Shown in pieces: positions 39,445 to 48,697 of a DNA stretch of 64,000 nucleotides. The stretch lies in NCBI RefSeq assembly GCF_044227185.1, contig NZ_JBGAFO010000017.1, positions 13,117 through 77,116 of the forward strand, read 5' to 3'. This DNA is from Prosthecobacter sp. Its GTDB lineage: Bacteria; Verrucomicrobiota; Verrucomicrobiia; Verrucomicrobiales; Verrucomicrobiaceae. A program made the position numbers and the translations under genes. How positions within the stretch are numbered: the first letter of the stretch is position 1; each line of letters begins with the position of its first letter. Below the pieces are notes generated by a model. That model was not told the origin of the DNA. It did not search any database and saw only the letters and a program-made list of their open reading frames with translations.

Positions 39445-42400
39445 TTATGGCTGTGGATGCTCCGCCAGCCACTGACGAATATCCTGCCATGGAAGAATCC
39501 AAACTCCATGCCCTATCGCGCTGCAGAGTGCCAACGCGTGTTCGGTGGAGACCAAACCATTTTTTTGCATGAAAAATTCCACGAAGCCCTCGGTTTCACT
39601 TTGTTGAAACACGGCTGGCGTGGAAGCACGATCTTCCGCGCTCCAAACAAAACCTAGCGGTATTTGAACAGGCTTCTCCCGGCCGGGCAGCAGCCCGATC
39701 AACCTCACCTCTTTATCCTGTTTATGGAGAATCCACAGCTCATCGCCATGCAATGTAGGGCAGACATAGATGCCATATGTTGCAGGCCGCGGAGCCTCTA
39801 GAATGGCAGGCGTCTTCCAGCGCGGTGAAAGGCCTGCAGGGAGTCTCAGCTTGATATTATCAGACAGCATGAGCAGTTCCGGTTCTGCGGCTGACGGCCG
39901 CACACACCAAGCATGCCATTTTTGAGCGTTCAGACCATCCGCGTTTCTCATGGTCAAGACTTGCCACAAAAGAGTTCTATCTCCGCAATGGAAGACTTCA
40001 AACATCCCATTGACCGGTATTTTCGATGAACTGGTATCATTGAGATCATACACTTTGCATGAAAAAAAATGAGATTTGTCCGCTTGTCCAAATTGCCCCA
40101 AGCTCACCCATGGAGCGCCCCCGGGCCCGGCAAAGACGCCATCTATTTTCGCGACATCAATGGTATCCAAAGCATGCTCCGCAGGCCGGCGCCGAGTGGA
40201 TACGAGCCAGCTAACACCTCCCGCGGTTAACCAGCCAATGCCCGCGCCGGAACTCTTGCTTGCTTCACCAACAACTAAACTGCCATAAGCTGCAAGCACT
40301 CCTTTGTCAGTCGTTCCAATGGAATAAGCTGCATCTGGCACATCCAGTTTTGCCCACTGGCGTGTGGTGCGGTCGTAGCGCCACAGGGCGTGGACATTTG
40401 CCGCACAAACTTCCCGGTTAGTGGCAACGATTTGCTGAATTTGATCCCCTGTCTCACCCGGCGGCTTCCCGAATGACTCTGTTTGATAAGTCCTGGGATC
40501 GAAACTGATGATTCCCGCCTTCTCGTGCGAGAGCCAGACACGCGTCCCGTCTGTGTTGAGATATTTTGTGTTATGCCACGAAATTTGTTTGGGCTGCGCC
40601 CGCCATGTTCGAAACTCCTGATCCATCGGCATCTGCCGGAAAAGATTCCAGTAACGAGTCACCTTGAGTCTTTCAGCAACCGGCGGAGCAGAGACACTTT
40701 TCTCCACCAAACCCGGCCATTCCTCTGACAGCTTAGTGTAAGCATCTTCGAAAACTTTGGCATATGGCTGACCTGCCCATCCAACCATCTTGGACAACCT
40801 GGCATCTCCTTCAGCGCGCTTTCGATAGCCGGTCATCGCCGTGAGCAATCTTTTTGTTTCGTCCCTGGAGAGAACGTCTTTCGCAAAGAATCCACTGAAA
40901 ACACGTGGCGACATCAACCATTCGTCCGGCACCCAAGATTCCTTTTCGAAGAGATCACAGCATAGCGCAAGAAATAAGCGATAGGTCTTAAGCGACCTGA
41001 GAAACTCACTTTTCTCATGCGGAAACTCCGGATGCAGAGCGGCGAATAGAACCTCGCCCTCTTCCTGCGGGAGAAGCAAGCGGTGCTTCCAGAGCAGTTC
41101 GACGCTTTCATGCAGCAGCCGCAGTCTTGTCTCCAACTGTTGACTGCTGGAAATCTCCAGGTACAACCCATCAGCCTGCGCCTGCGGTGATGGTGATGCC
41201 CGAAGCGTGGCAATGAACTCACGCCATAATCTTGCGGCATTCTGTGAGCCGGCTTCATCCCAGTCAATAAGGCGAAAGTTGCCACGTTGATTGTTTCGCA
41301 CCAAGGCATGGTCCAGCGCTCTCTCTTCAAGATAGGGGCCATAAAGAGGGCCGCTCCCAAAGCCAGCCATCGTGGTGCGAAGCCGGCTTTGCCATTGATG
41401 ACGCGCCTCACTTGTCGGCCCGCCAAATTCCGGTCCAAAAACTTTCGTGTAGTAAGCCAGCGTTTCCTGCGGAGTTCTGCACCAATAGGCGGCAAAGCAG
41501 ACCTTTTTCAGCGTATATTCATGATCATGATTGATGTCCTCGGCCGGGTCATTCATGCACGTCACCAGACGATGTATCGCCATGCGCAAATGGTTGACCA
41601 GTTCTCGATGTGCCACGTGCTTTCCAGCCTCATGCACCGCCTGAAGCGTGCGCACTGCCGAGTAAAACACCTGGCGTCTCAGCGTGACCGGATTCAGGAG
41701 GCCATGTTCACTGATCCTGGGGATTGCAGCATGGGCGTTTGACTCCATGTAGTCCGCCGCAAACCCTGCTGCCCGGATTGCCGCTTCTAAATGAAACGGG
41801 AGATGATCGGGTTTGATTTTATCGGCCGGATAATTCCCGCCACCACCGCCATTTTCGACACGCAAATCGTTGGGGTAGGCGCTCATGGTATAGGCCTGCA
41901 CTCTTCCCGCAAAACTCATCGGGTCTTTGTCTCCTAGAGCGATCGCAGACTCAAAGGCCTCCGCCGCCTGAGATGTCAGCCAATGCTTGAGCAGCCAGGT
42001 TCCCATCTCGGCATAGGCATGGGCCTCCAGCGCCGGCTGCCATGCGGGAGGCTCCCCCTTGCTACGGTCTTGCTTTACGATTCGCTTAACAATGTCGTTG
42101 ACCAAGGAAACCGGATCTTCCATCGAGCCTTGGATGTTGTCGTCTGCTCCAGCCTCACTGCCCGCTATTTTCACTCTGAGGCGGACTTGCAATCTGCCCT
42201 CGTTTTCAAGAAATGAACCGTCCACCAACCGCGCACCTGCAGCAGGCATGCGAGAATCTTCAGCCATGAGCGAGTGCTCAAACACCACATCGTTTAGCCG
42301 CCAGCGTTCCATCAAAGCCACACTGGGTTCATCTGCCAGACGATGCGCAAGAAGGAGGTTCAAGGTGGTCTCAAAAGAACGAAGCTTCGGATTGTCAACC

Positions 42401-42972
42401 GACGCACGTAGTCCGAGCAGCGACACTTTCAGCGGAGTTGTGCCGCCAGATTCTCCAATCCTTTTCAGAGGCGCCATGAACTGGGCAGCAGCAAATTTCA
42501 CATTCGTTTCCAGTTCATCCGGCAGCCAGGGCAGCACCAAGCCATGCAGGACACTGGCATCGGACACCTTGGTAAGCCGCAGCAAGAGCAGAGGGTGCAG
42601 CTTGTCCGTTGCATCCACACTGATGAACAGCATTGCGTCTGCGTGAGCCAGACGTGCGAGCGCGAAGGAGCGTTCCGTTACTCCAAGAGCGCTCAGCGAA
42701 GACTCGGCTGCCAGACGGGCCAGTTCAGCGCGCTCAACCAAAACGAAGGCAGATTCCTGGCTCAGTGACGCATTAAGCACATCTGCAAAAGCTTGGGCTG
42801 AATTCGCGGCCACAATCGCCACACGCGGAATGCCATCATTGGCCGCATGTCCCACTGCGGGCACAAAGACGAGAACAAACGCCAGGACGGCCAATTTTGG
42901 CCACACCCAGAGCTCTCGCCAGGAGCCAGCATCCTCAATGAGTTTGTCGGACATGGATTCAAGGCGTTGCAA
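39445..42972 (-). CDS. Large hypothetical membrane-anchored protein with CsgG-like N-terminal modules
   Basis: 1175 aa. N-terminal TM helix, then two segments resembling the CsgG/LpoB-type module (RVAIVAANS...FVLVERAELARL; KVSLLGLRA...VALMERWRLNDV). These are followed by a helical region and a probable beta-rich C-terminus. Lower GC than the flanks. Confidence 0.75.
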   Translation of the reverse strand: MQRLESMSDKLIEDAGSWRELWVWPKLAVLAFVLVFVPAVGHAANDGIPRVAIVAANSAQAFADVLNASLSQESAFVLVERAELARLAAESSLSALGVTERSFALARLAHADAMLFISVDATDKLHPLLLLRLTKVSDASVLHGLVLPWLPDELETNVKFAAAQFMAPLKRIGESGGTTPLKVSLLGLRASVDNPKLRSFETTLNLLLAHRLADEPSVALMERWRLNDVVFEHSLMAEDSRMPAAGARLVDGSFLENEGRLQVRLRVKIAGSEAGADDNIQGSMEDPVSLVNDIVKRIVKQDRSKGEPPAWQPALEAHAYAEMGTWLLKHWLTSQAAEAFESAIALGDKDPMSFAGRVQAYTMSAYPNDLRVENGGGGGNYPADKIKPDHLPFHLEAAIRAAGFAADYMESNAHAAIPRISEHGLLNPVTLRRQVFYSAVRTLQAVHEAGKHVAHRELVNHLRMAIHRLVTCMNDPAEDINHDHEYTLKKVCFAAYWCRTPQETLAYYTKVFGPEFGGPTSEARHQWQSRLRTTMAGFGSGPLYGPYLEERALDHALVRNNQRGNFRLIDWDEAGSQNAARLWREFIATLRASPSPQAQADGLYLEISSSQQLETRLRLLHESVELLWKHRLLLPQEEGEVLFAALHPEFPHEKSEFLRSLKTYRLFLALCCDLFEKESWVPDEWLMSPRVFSGFFAKDVLSRDETKRLLTAMTGYRKRAEGDARLSKMVGWAGQPYAKVFEDAYTKLSEEWPGLVEKSVSAPPVAERLKVTRYWNLFRQMPMDQEFRTWRAQPKQISWHNTKYLNTDGTRVWLSHEKAGIISFDPRTYQTESFGKPPGETGDQIQQIVATNREVCAANVHALWRYDRTTRQWAKLDVPDAAYSIGTTDKGVLAAYGSLVVGEASKSSGAGIGWLTAGGVSWLVSTRRRPAEHALDTIDVAKIDGVFAGPGGAPWVSLGQFGQADKSHFFSCKVYDLNDTSSSKIPVNGMFEVFHCGDRTLLWQVLTMRNADGLNAQKWHAWCVRPSAAEPELLMLSDNIKLRLPAGLSPRWKTPAILEAPRPATYGIYVCPTLHGDELWILHKQDKEVRLIGLLPGREKPVQIPLGFVWSAEDRASTPAVFQQSETEGFVEFFMQKNGLVSTEHALALCSAIGHGVWILPWQDIRQWLAEHPQP

Positions 42973-43900
42973 GCTTCAACGCGATACGCTCGACCAATGT
43001 GAAGCCTGCTTCTTGCAGCGCCGTCTTTCCAGCCACGGCTTCAGCGATATCCACGGCAACGCCTGTTTCACGTTCCACTGCCAGAATCTTGCTGTCCTTG
43101 TGGCGAAGGGCCTGCACTTCAATGCGCGCCCGGGAAGAGATGAGTTGTCCGCGGCGCACACCACTTTCGCTGAAAGCCTCACCGGTAATCACAATATCGG
43201 GTTGCTTGGCCGGTGTTTTGGGATCGATGACCTCGAAACCCAATGCCAGGAGCACATTTTTCATTTCTGTCTCAGCTGCTGGATCAGGCACGGCCTGCCT
43301 GATCGCTTGTTCTGGAATGCTGACCTGAACACTGGGAAGCATCTTGCCTTCAATCGCCTTTTTCATTCGCGCCAGCCGTTCTTCTCGGGTCACAAACACT
43401 GGAGTGAATGCTGCATGTTGCTTTGCAATCAGCTTGCCCACCTTGTCGGCAAGTTCACTGGCGGGTTTTTCCAAGGAGGCGGATGCCAGTCCGCTGACTT
43501 TCTCACCAAACACACGTGAAGTCTCGACACTCATCACCTTGGCGACCAGCAACACATTGTCACCGGTCGGAATGATGCGTCCGGTCACAAGGATGCGTGC
43601 TCCCAAAATGCGGCCTGTTTGGGTGGCGGCAGCGGGGTCAGCAAGGCCTGAGAGCTTTAGGTTATGCTCGCCCAGCAGTTTATCGATGTCAGCACGCTCC
43701 ACCATCCAAAGATCGGCATTGGTGGAGAGCTGGGCTGCCACCAGCGTGGCGACTTCACCAGCTTTCGTCTGCCCTCTTTCATCCGGGCCTTCAAACGGCA
43801 GGACAGCGACGGTCAGCGGCGGCTGTGGCGCAGTATTTTGAGCTTGCAGATTTGCCGCCAAAAGGACTGACAGACATAGGCAAAGAAGAGGTGTTTTCAT
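42959..43900 (-). CDS. CsgG/HfaB-like secreted protein
   Basis: Signal peptide. VAVLPFEGPD...VATLVAAQLS...LWMVERADIDKLLGEHNL..SG...GRILGARILVTGRI matches the CsgG-family N-terminal pattern. ATGA overlap with the upstream gene and 14-nt overlap with the downstream gene. Confidence 0.7.
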   Translation of the reverse strand: MKTPLLCLCLSVLLAANLQAQNTAPQPPLTVAVLPFEGPDERGQTKAGEVATLVAAQLSTNADLWMVERADIDKLLGEHNLKLSGLADPAAATQTGRILGARILVTGRIIPTGDNVLLVAKVMSVETSRVFGEKVSGLASASLEKPASELADKVGKLIAKQHAAFTPVFVTREERLARMKKAIEGKMLPSVQVSIPEQAIRQAVPDPAAETEMKNVLLALGFEVIDPKTPAKQPDIVITGEAFSESGVRRGQLISSRARIEVQALRHKDSKILAVERETGVAVDIAEAVAGKTALQEAGFTLVERIALKLATP

Positions 43901-44682
43901 GGGATGGAAGCGAGGTGTTTGAGCAGAATTCGATATAGAAATGCATCGCGCTGCCAGTCAGGAGCACCCGGCAGATGCACAAGGGTCAGACGTTTGCCTC
44001 CAACATCTTGGTACGATACTTCGAGCATGCTGACCGGCTTCGCTTGCACCATCAGCAGGGAGGACTGCTCACCTAGAGACGGAAGCTGCGTCGAACTATC
44101 GGCAGTGACTTCACCCACGGCGAATGCCTGGGGATCAATGTGCAGCGGCATTTCAGCGCCAAGATCATCGAAAGGAATGCGCCAAGTCCGCAACTTCTCA
44201 CGCAGACCTGCTGCACGGCCAAACACATGCAGTTTGGGCAGATCTTTCAGCGCCGCCTGAACTGCCGCCAGGGATGTCCACTGCAGGTGAAACGTCGCTA
44301 CCCGCGATCTGCGCTTCCCATTCTCGGTGAAGTTGATCACAACGATTTGAGATACCGGCTTGGAGGTGTCTGGAGCAGGGATCGTGAAGCTTCCTTCCAA
44401 TACAGCAGGATGCGTGGGCGCTGGCTCTCGGGCAAAACGCAAATCTTTTGCCATCGGCGCTCCAATGCTTCCACCGTCCAAATAAACGTCCGCGCTTAAT
44501 TCGCCCTCAAGCTCTTTGTTTTGCAAAAAAGACAGTCTCACCGTCGCATCGGCGCCGAGAATTCGCTCAACGACTTCGGAAACCCCATGCTCGAGGTCAC
44601 CATCCAACGCCAGCATCCGCAACGGCTCAGCAGCAGGCAGGCAGGCGGTAAGGAAGACAGCGGTTAACAACCAGAATTTCAT
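43897..44682 (-). CDS. Hypothetical secreted protein (first gene of the CsgG-like operon)
   Basis: 261 aa, signal peptide MKFWLLTAVFLTACLPAA, translationally coupled (ATGA) to the next gene. Confidence 0.65.
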   Translation of the reverse strand: MKFWLLTAVFLTACLPAAEPLRMLALDGDLEHGVSEVVERILGADATVRLSFLQNKELEGELSADVYLDGGSIGAPMAKDLRFAREPAPTHPAVLEGSFTIPAPDTSKPVSQIVVINFTENGKRRSRVATFHLQWTSLAAVQAALKDLPKLHVFGRAAGLREKLRTWRIPFDDLGAEMPLHIDPQAFAVGEVTADSSTQLPSLGEQSSLLMVQAKPVSMLEVSYQDVGGKRLTLVHLPGAPDWQRDAFLYRILLKHLASIP

Positions 44683-44721
44683 GAACGATGACGTGAGTAA
44701 ATTTAATAGCAGGCTTACGGG

Positions 44722-44738
44722 TTAGGCTGCAAGCCTAA
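44722..44738. promoter_or_regulatory. Perfect palindrome upstream of the CsgG-like operon (possible operator)
   Basis: ttaggct-gca-agcctaa has 7-bp arms and lies 40-56 nt upstream of the ATG at 44682. A third half-site, aggctta, sits at 44711..44717. Confidence 0.3.
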
Positions 44739-44785
44739 TATCTCTCTGGAGCTGGATAACATTCAAAAAGAGCTGCTTTCTATGA

Positions 44786-44860
44786 AACCGGCCATGCTCC
44801 GCCATCGAAGGAATTACTTGAGGCCTCTCGAATGCGAAAGCGTTTTTGCTTTGCCGTTAA
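44786..44860 (+). pseudogene. Decayed 3' fragment of a DUF1553/PSD1-family gene
   Basis: It translates as NRPCSAIEGIT*GLSNAKAFLLCR*. The intact end of gene 37215..39434 reads DRRLALEDIAWSLVNAKEFLLCR*. The two have the same length and frame, with TGA replacing TGG. The 18 nt gtttttgctttgccgtta are identical (44842..44859 versus 39416..39433). Confidence 0.7.
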
Positions 44861-44888
44861 ATGCGCCCCGCTTTAACTCTCGGGGTTC

Positions 44889-45265
44889 ATGACAGAGGAG
44901 CGCAAAGCCCGGATCTACGAAGGCGTCCGGCGCATGGTCATTTGGGACGAATCCCGTGACGATGTTTTCATCGGCTGGAAGTCAATGGCATCCCCCAGGA
45001 GGCGGCACAGCAGATGTACGCCAAAGCCCGTGCCGAACGAATGGCGATGATCAGGTCCGATTCGATCAAGAAGGCGGCTCTCGGGTTTGGCCTCCTGTTG
45101 CTCACAGGCGTCGGCGGAGCATTTCTATATATGGGCGGCATCGTTCGCTCACTCCTTGTTTTAAACGCCGCCGCCTCCGTCTATGGCCTGTGGTTCTTCT
45201 CCAAAGGTCTGTTCTACTTCTTCTTTGCCCACACGAAGAATGGCTCTTTGGCCAACGACGACTGA
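44889..45265 (+). pseudogene. Small two-TM membrane protein gene interrupted by a 1-nt frame discontinuity
   Basis: Frame A (ATG 44889) reads MTEERKARIYEGVRRMVIWDESRDDVF. Frame B continues HRLEVNGIPQEAAQQMYAKARAERMAM...two TM helices...stop at 45265. The frames meet at gatgttttcatcgg (~44961..44974). The intact 3' ORF alone is 45014..45265. Confidence 0.5.
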
Positions 45266-45310
45266 CCCTTTGCCATCCTCCGCTGAAACGCCATCACCTG
45301 CAGGTCGTCA

Positions 45311-47926
45311 TCACTGGGGTCTGTTTTGCATCAGCTCATCCATGCGTTTGCTCTCCGCATCGGCCTCCTTCCGCTCCGACGTTCCAGGTGGAAAGGCCTG
45401 ATCCATAAATTTTGCCGCCGCTCCAGCATCGGCCTCCCGCCACGATTGCATCAGATCGATGGCATACACTTGCCGCAGTTGTCCTTTCATCTGCAAAACA
45501 TAACGCGCGGTTTCCTGCGGCTGGGTCTTTCTCCAGTGGTCGGCAAACGCCGCCAGACCACCGTTAATGCCTTCGTGGTCACGCTGCTTCTCCAGCCAGA
45601 CGGTGGCATGCTCTGTCTCCTCGTCATCCAAAAAATGCTTCACAATACGGTGCAGGGCGATCTCCCCCGGACGATTCCGCCACAGCCATTCATCAGCCGC
45701 ATCTGCCTCTTTTTCACGCCACACCTGGTACACCACCCACACGCCATCATCATAGTTGTTGCCGCTGTCGGTCATTCTTTCAGGCCTGGCCTCCAGCCAC
45801 GCCCTGGCTTCAGAGCATGAGGTACGGGCCAGCCTGCCCAAAACCGCCAGGGCATAAGCCCAGGAATCCGATTTCAGTCCGCCGTGCTTTTCTTGCTTCG
45901 CTGCTTCGGCGGACTGTCTGCGTACATCACGCTCCACAATAAGATCCAGCATGGCCAGTCCGGCCTCGGTGGTGGTAAATGATTCCAGGAACCCCCGAAA
46001 AGCCATGGGCTGCCATTTCAGCGGCAGCGTTTGAATCTTGCGCAGTGCCTCGGCATCATTTTCCAGCGTCCATCCACAGGCCAGATTTTTAGTGATCTCA
46101 TGGCTGTCATGGTGAAGAGTTTGTCGCGAACGCTGGCCGCCGAGATCAGCATTTAGGGCATCCTGCGCAAGCATGCCCGTATCGATGAGTTCACGCAGTC
46201 GTTGCAACACCTCGTCTGGAAACCGCAAGGCGGCCTCACTGAACAACTGAATGAGCATCTCCCGCCGCGTGGCGGGCGGCAGATCTGCCTTCCAGACAAA
46301 ACGCTCGCATTCACGCCAGTCACGCACCGCCCAGCACTCAATCAGATCATTCGCGAAAAGAGTCATCCCCCCTTTCTCCTGCCGCAGATGCGCTAGAAGC
46401 ACTCCCTTCAGCTCCGCGGGAGCAGCGTCCATCATCCATTGCAGCGCGTTCAATCCCGCAAGACGTTCCGCCGCGTCATCAGAGCGCCACGTCAGGCGGT
46501 GCTCACGCGCCAGCTCACGGCTGCGTTGGGTGTCCTGGGCCGTCGCCGTGTAAGGTTCGTGGTCCACCGGCACTTCAAACCCCTTCGTGCCCCACGGAGG
46601 ATTATCCTCCGCGACCATCTCAAATGAAAACGGCGCGGTGTCTGGCGCTTTGACAGGAGTCTCTTCTGCTTTCGGCTCTGCCGCCGCCAGCTTCATGCGT
46701 TGAACCACCTGTTGTCGCAATTCCTCTTCAGGAAACACCAGCGTCATGAATGGATCATCGGCCCGTAGTTGAAAGGGCTTCTCGCCATAGGAGCAGCCTT
46801 CAAACCCGGCCATCAGGGCGGCCTCTCGTTCGCCGGCAGGCAGGGCGGCCAGCCAGCGGCCAATGACGAGACGGCCTTCTCGTTCAAGCTTGCTTCGGGC
46901 CGGATGATCAAACCACCTGACCACGGCAGCCTTCACCCCGTCTCTTCGGGACTGAGTCTGCAACCAGCCCAGCGCTTCAGTGATGTTCTCCTCATCCTCT
47001 CCAGCGATGGCGGCAGCACAGCTCTGCAGCGAGCCAGCAGCCTCCGGATCGTCCTTCCCATGCTGCGCCATCAGCCAGTCGGCGGCAGCCATGGGATCTG
47101 CCCTGGCCCAGAAACGGAACAATGAATGGCGCACATACCTGATGTTCCAGGCCTTCCAGGAGTCAGACACACGCGCTGTGCCCGGAGGAAATAATCTCTC
47201 GATGCATGCGCGCGTCTTGGGCAGGTCCTCCCTGGCTGACGCCTCCACCAGGGCATCACAAAAATACGGTTCTCGGGTTTGCTCATGAATCGCTGGCTCC
47301 TCGTCTCCCACGAATCTTTCCAGCAGTGCCAGCCGCTCGTCCACCGTGGAGGCAGCCTCGACGAACCCCTCAAAGACCGCCGCCCTCATGGGTGCGGAGA
47401 GCGTGGGGGAGTTCAGCCGTGAAAGTGCTCCCAGATGCTCCCGTCGCAGCCACTCGCCCCCCACCTCCGTCAGGATCGCCTCCGCATACCAGTGGCAGGT
47501 GTTTTTTGGCCCGCAGAGCCTCTGAACCTCTTCATAGACATGGTCAGGATGCGAATGAGCCATGTAGCCATGCACAGCATACGCAGCTTCATCGAATCCG
47601 GAAAAACGCCGGGGCTTCTCCAGCATTTTCAGTGCTCTTGCCTCGTCCTTCTGCGTCAGCCGCCTCCAGGCCGCCCGCACAAACACATTGCTGCCGCCCT
47701 TCTTGAGCCACACATCAAGCGCAGCCCCCAGCAGATCGCTGTCAGCATGCAAAATCGCCTCCAAGGCACGCGTCTGCTTTTGCACACGGTCCGCCACACT
47801 TTGCGCGTGCTCCGCCTCTTCCAGCCATTGCAAAAATTCACTCCCCTTCGCGGACAGCTTGCCTGCTGCTTGACCGAAAGCATGCGCTGTCCAAAACAGC
47901 ACCGCAGCGCACACAAGCCCGGTCAT
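45311..47926 (-). CDS. Hypothetical secreted helical-repeat protein
   Basis: The start at MTGLVCAAVLFWTAHAFG (signal-like) gives 871 aa. Recurrent ...A..A..WL... modules occur (ADPMAAADWLMAQ, SEARAWLEARP, EADAADEWLWRN, EHATVWLEKQ, DAGAAAKFMDQ). The upstream part of the track ORF overlaps a divergent lipoprotein gene and was rejected. Confidence 0.65.
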   Translation of the reverse strand: MTGLVCAAVLFWTAHAFGQAAGKLSAKGSEFLQWLEEAEHAQSVADRVQKQTRALEAILHADSDLLGAALDVWLKKGGSNVFVRAAWRRLTQKDEARALKMLEKPRRFSGFDEAAYAVHGYMAHSHPDHVYEEVQRLCGPKNTCHWYAEAILTEVGGEWLRREHLGALSRLNSPTLSAPMRAAVFEGFVEAASTVDERLALLERFVGDEEPAIHEQTREPYFCDALVEASAREDLPKTRACIERLFPPGTARVSDSWKAWNIRYVRHSLFRFWARADPMAAADWLMAQHGKDDPEAAGSLQSCAAAIAGEDEENITEALGWLQTQSRRDGVKAAVVRWFDHPARSKLEREGRLVIGRWLAALPAGEREAALMAGFEGCSYGEKPFQLRADDPFMTLVFPEEELRQQVVQRMKLAAAEPKAEETPVKAPDTAPFSFEMVAEDNPPWGTKGFEVPVDHEPYTATAQDTQRSRELAREHRLTWRSDDAAERLAGLNALQWMMDAAPAELKGVLLAHLRQEKGGMTLFANDLIECWAVRDWRECERFVWKADLPPATRREMLIQLFSEAALRFPDEVLQRLRELIDTGMLAQDALNADLGGQRSRQTLHHDSHEITKNLACGWTLENDAEALRKIQTLPLKWQPMAFRGFLESFTTTEAGLAMLDLIVERDVRRQSAEAAKQEKHGGLKSDSWAYALAVLGRLARTSCSEARAWLEARPERMTDSGNNYDDGVWVVYQVWREKEADAADEWLWRNRPGEIALHRIVKHFLDDEETEHATVWLEKQRDHEGINGGLAAFADHWRKTQPQETARYVLQMKGQLRQVYAIDLMQSWREADAGAAAKFMDQAFPPGTSERKEADAESKRMDELMQNRPQ

Positions 47927-48043
47927 TAGCGAGTTCACTCCCCCAGAATGCCTGACCGTCGCAGCAAAGTCGAGTCCGCAGTTCAGTCCTGGATCCGGCC
48001 CCTTCCCGCATGACAAAACCGCACCTGCGTGGCATATCAAAGC

Positions 48044-48622
48044 ATGAACACCACCCATCCCCGCCTCACCCTCTTCCTCGCCGGCCTGCTCGCCGTCGTC
48101 ACCCTGTCCTCCTGTACGGAGGGCAGCCTCAGCCGCCTTCGCAATGTGCGCACCGGTGCCATTGGCATCGGCCCCACTGGAAGCCTTCCGAGTGATCATC
48201 CTTCGCTCCGGCTCAAACCCGAGTCCCCTGAAGAACTGCGCGTGCATCAGGCCGTGCGCCGCGGTGTGGAGCGCGCTTTGGACGACAGCCGCGCCTTCCA
48301 CTACATCCCCTTCTCGCAGATGAAGGAAGTGCCGCAGCATCTGAACCCCTTCAACGAGCGTGCCGAGGTCAAAAAGTTCGCCTCCACAAATCGTCTTGAG
48401 GCCGTGGTCCGCGTGTGGGTCACGCCCAGTCTCAAACATCAAAGCGTCACCGTCGGGCTTCTCGCCCATGGCCGCAGCGGCAAGCCTGTCTCCAGCGACC
48501 TCGCCACCGCGCATGGCCCCAACCCTCCGCTAAAAAACCCCACCGCCCGCGCTTCTCTTTCCACCTGGGAAAAGACCGCTTATGAGGCCACGAAGAAAGC
48601 GCTCGCCAAAGTGCGTGGCTGA
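48044..48622 (+). CDS. Hypothetical lipoprotein
   Basis: MNTTHPRLTLFLAGLLAVVTLSSC lipobox. No family recognised. Confidence 0.6.
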   Translation: MNTTHPRLTLFLAGLLAVVTLSSCTEGSLSRLRNVRTGAIGIGPTGSLPSDHPSLRLKPESPEELRVHQAVRRGVERALDDSRAFHYIPFSQMKEVPQHLNPFNERAEVKKFASTNRLEAVVRVWVTPSLKHQSVTVGLLAHGRSGKPVSSDLATAHGPNPPLKNPTARASLSTWEKTAYEATKKALAKVRG

Positions 48623-48697
48623 TTGCGGGCACCGGACCTCGGCCGCGCTGCAATTGAAGTGAGAACGCCTCAGTGACTGACGTACTGATGCGCTCTC

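Noticed and set aside
45311-48514. Full 1067-aa version of the minus-strand ORF.
   Set aside because: The first 196 codons overlap the divergent lipoprotein gene (48044..48622) and look like a shadow frame. A signal-peptide-like start at 47926 is more plausible.
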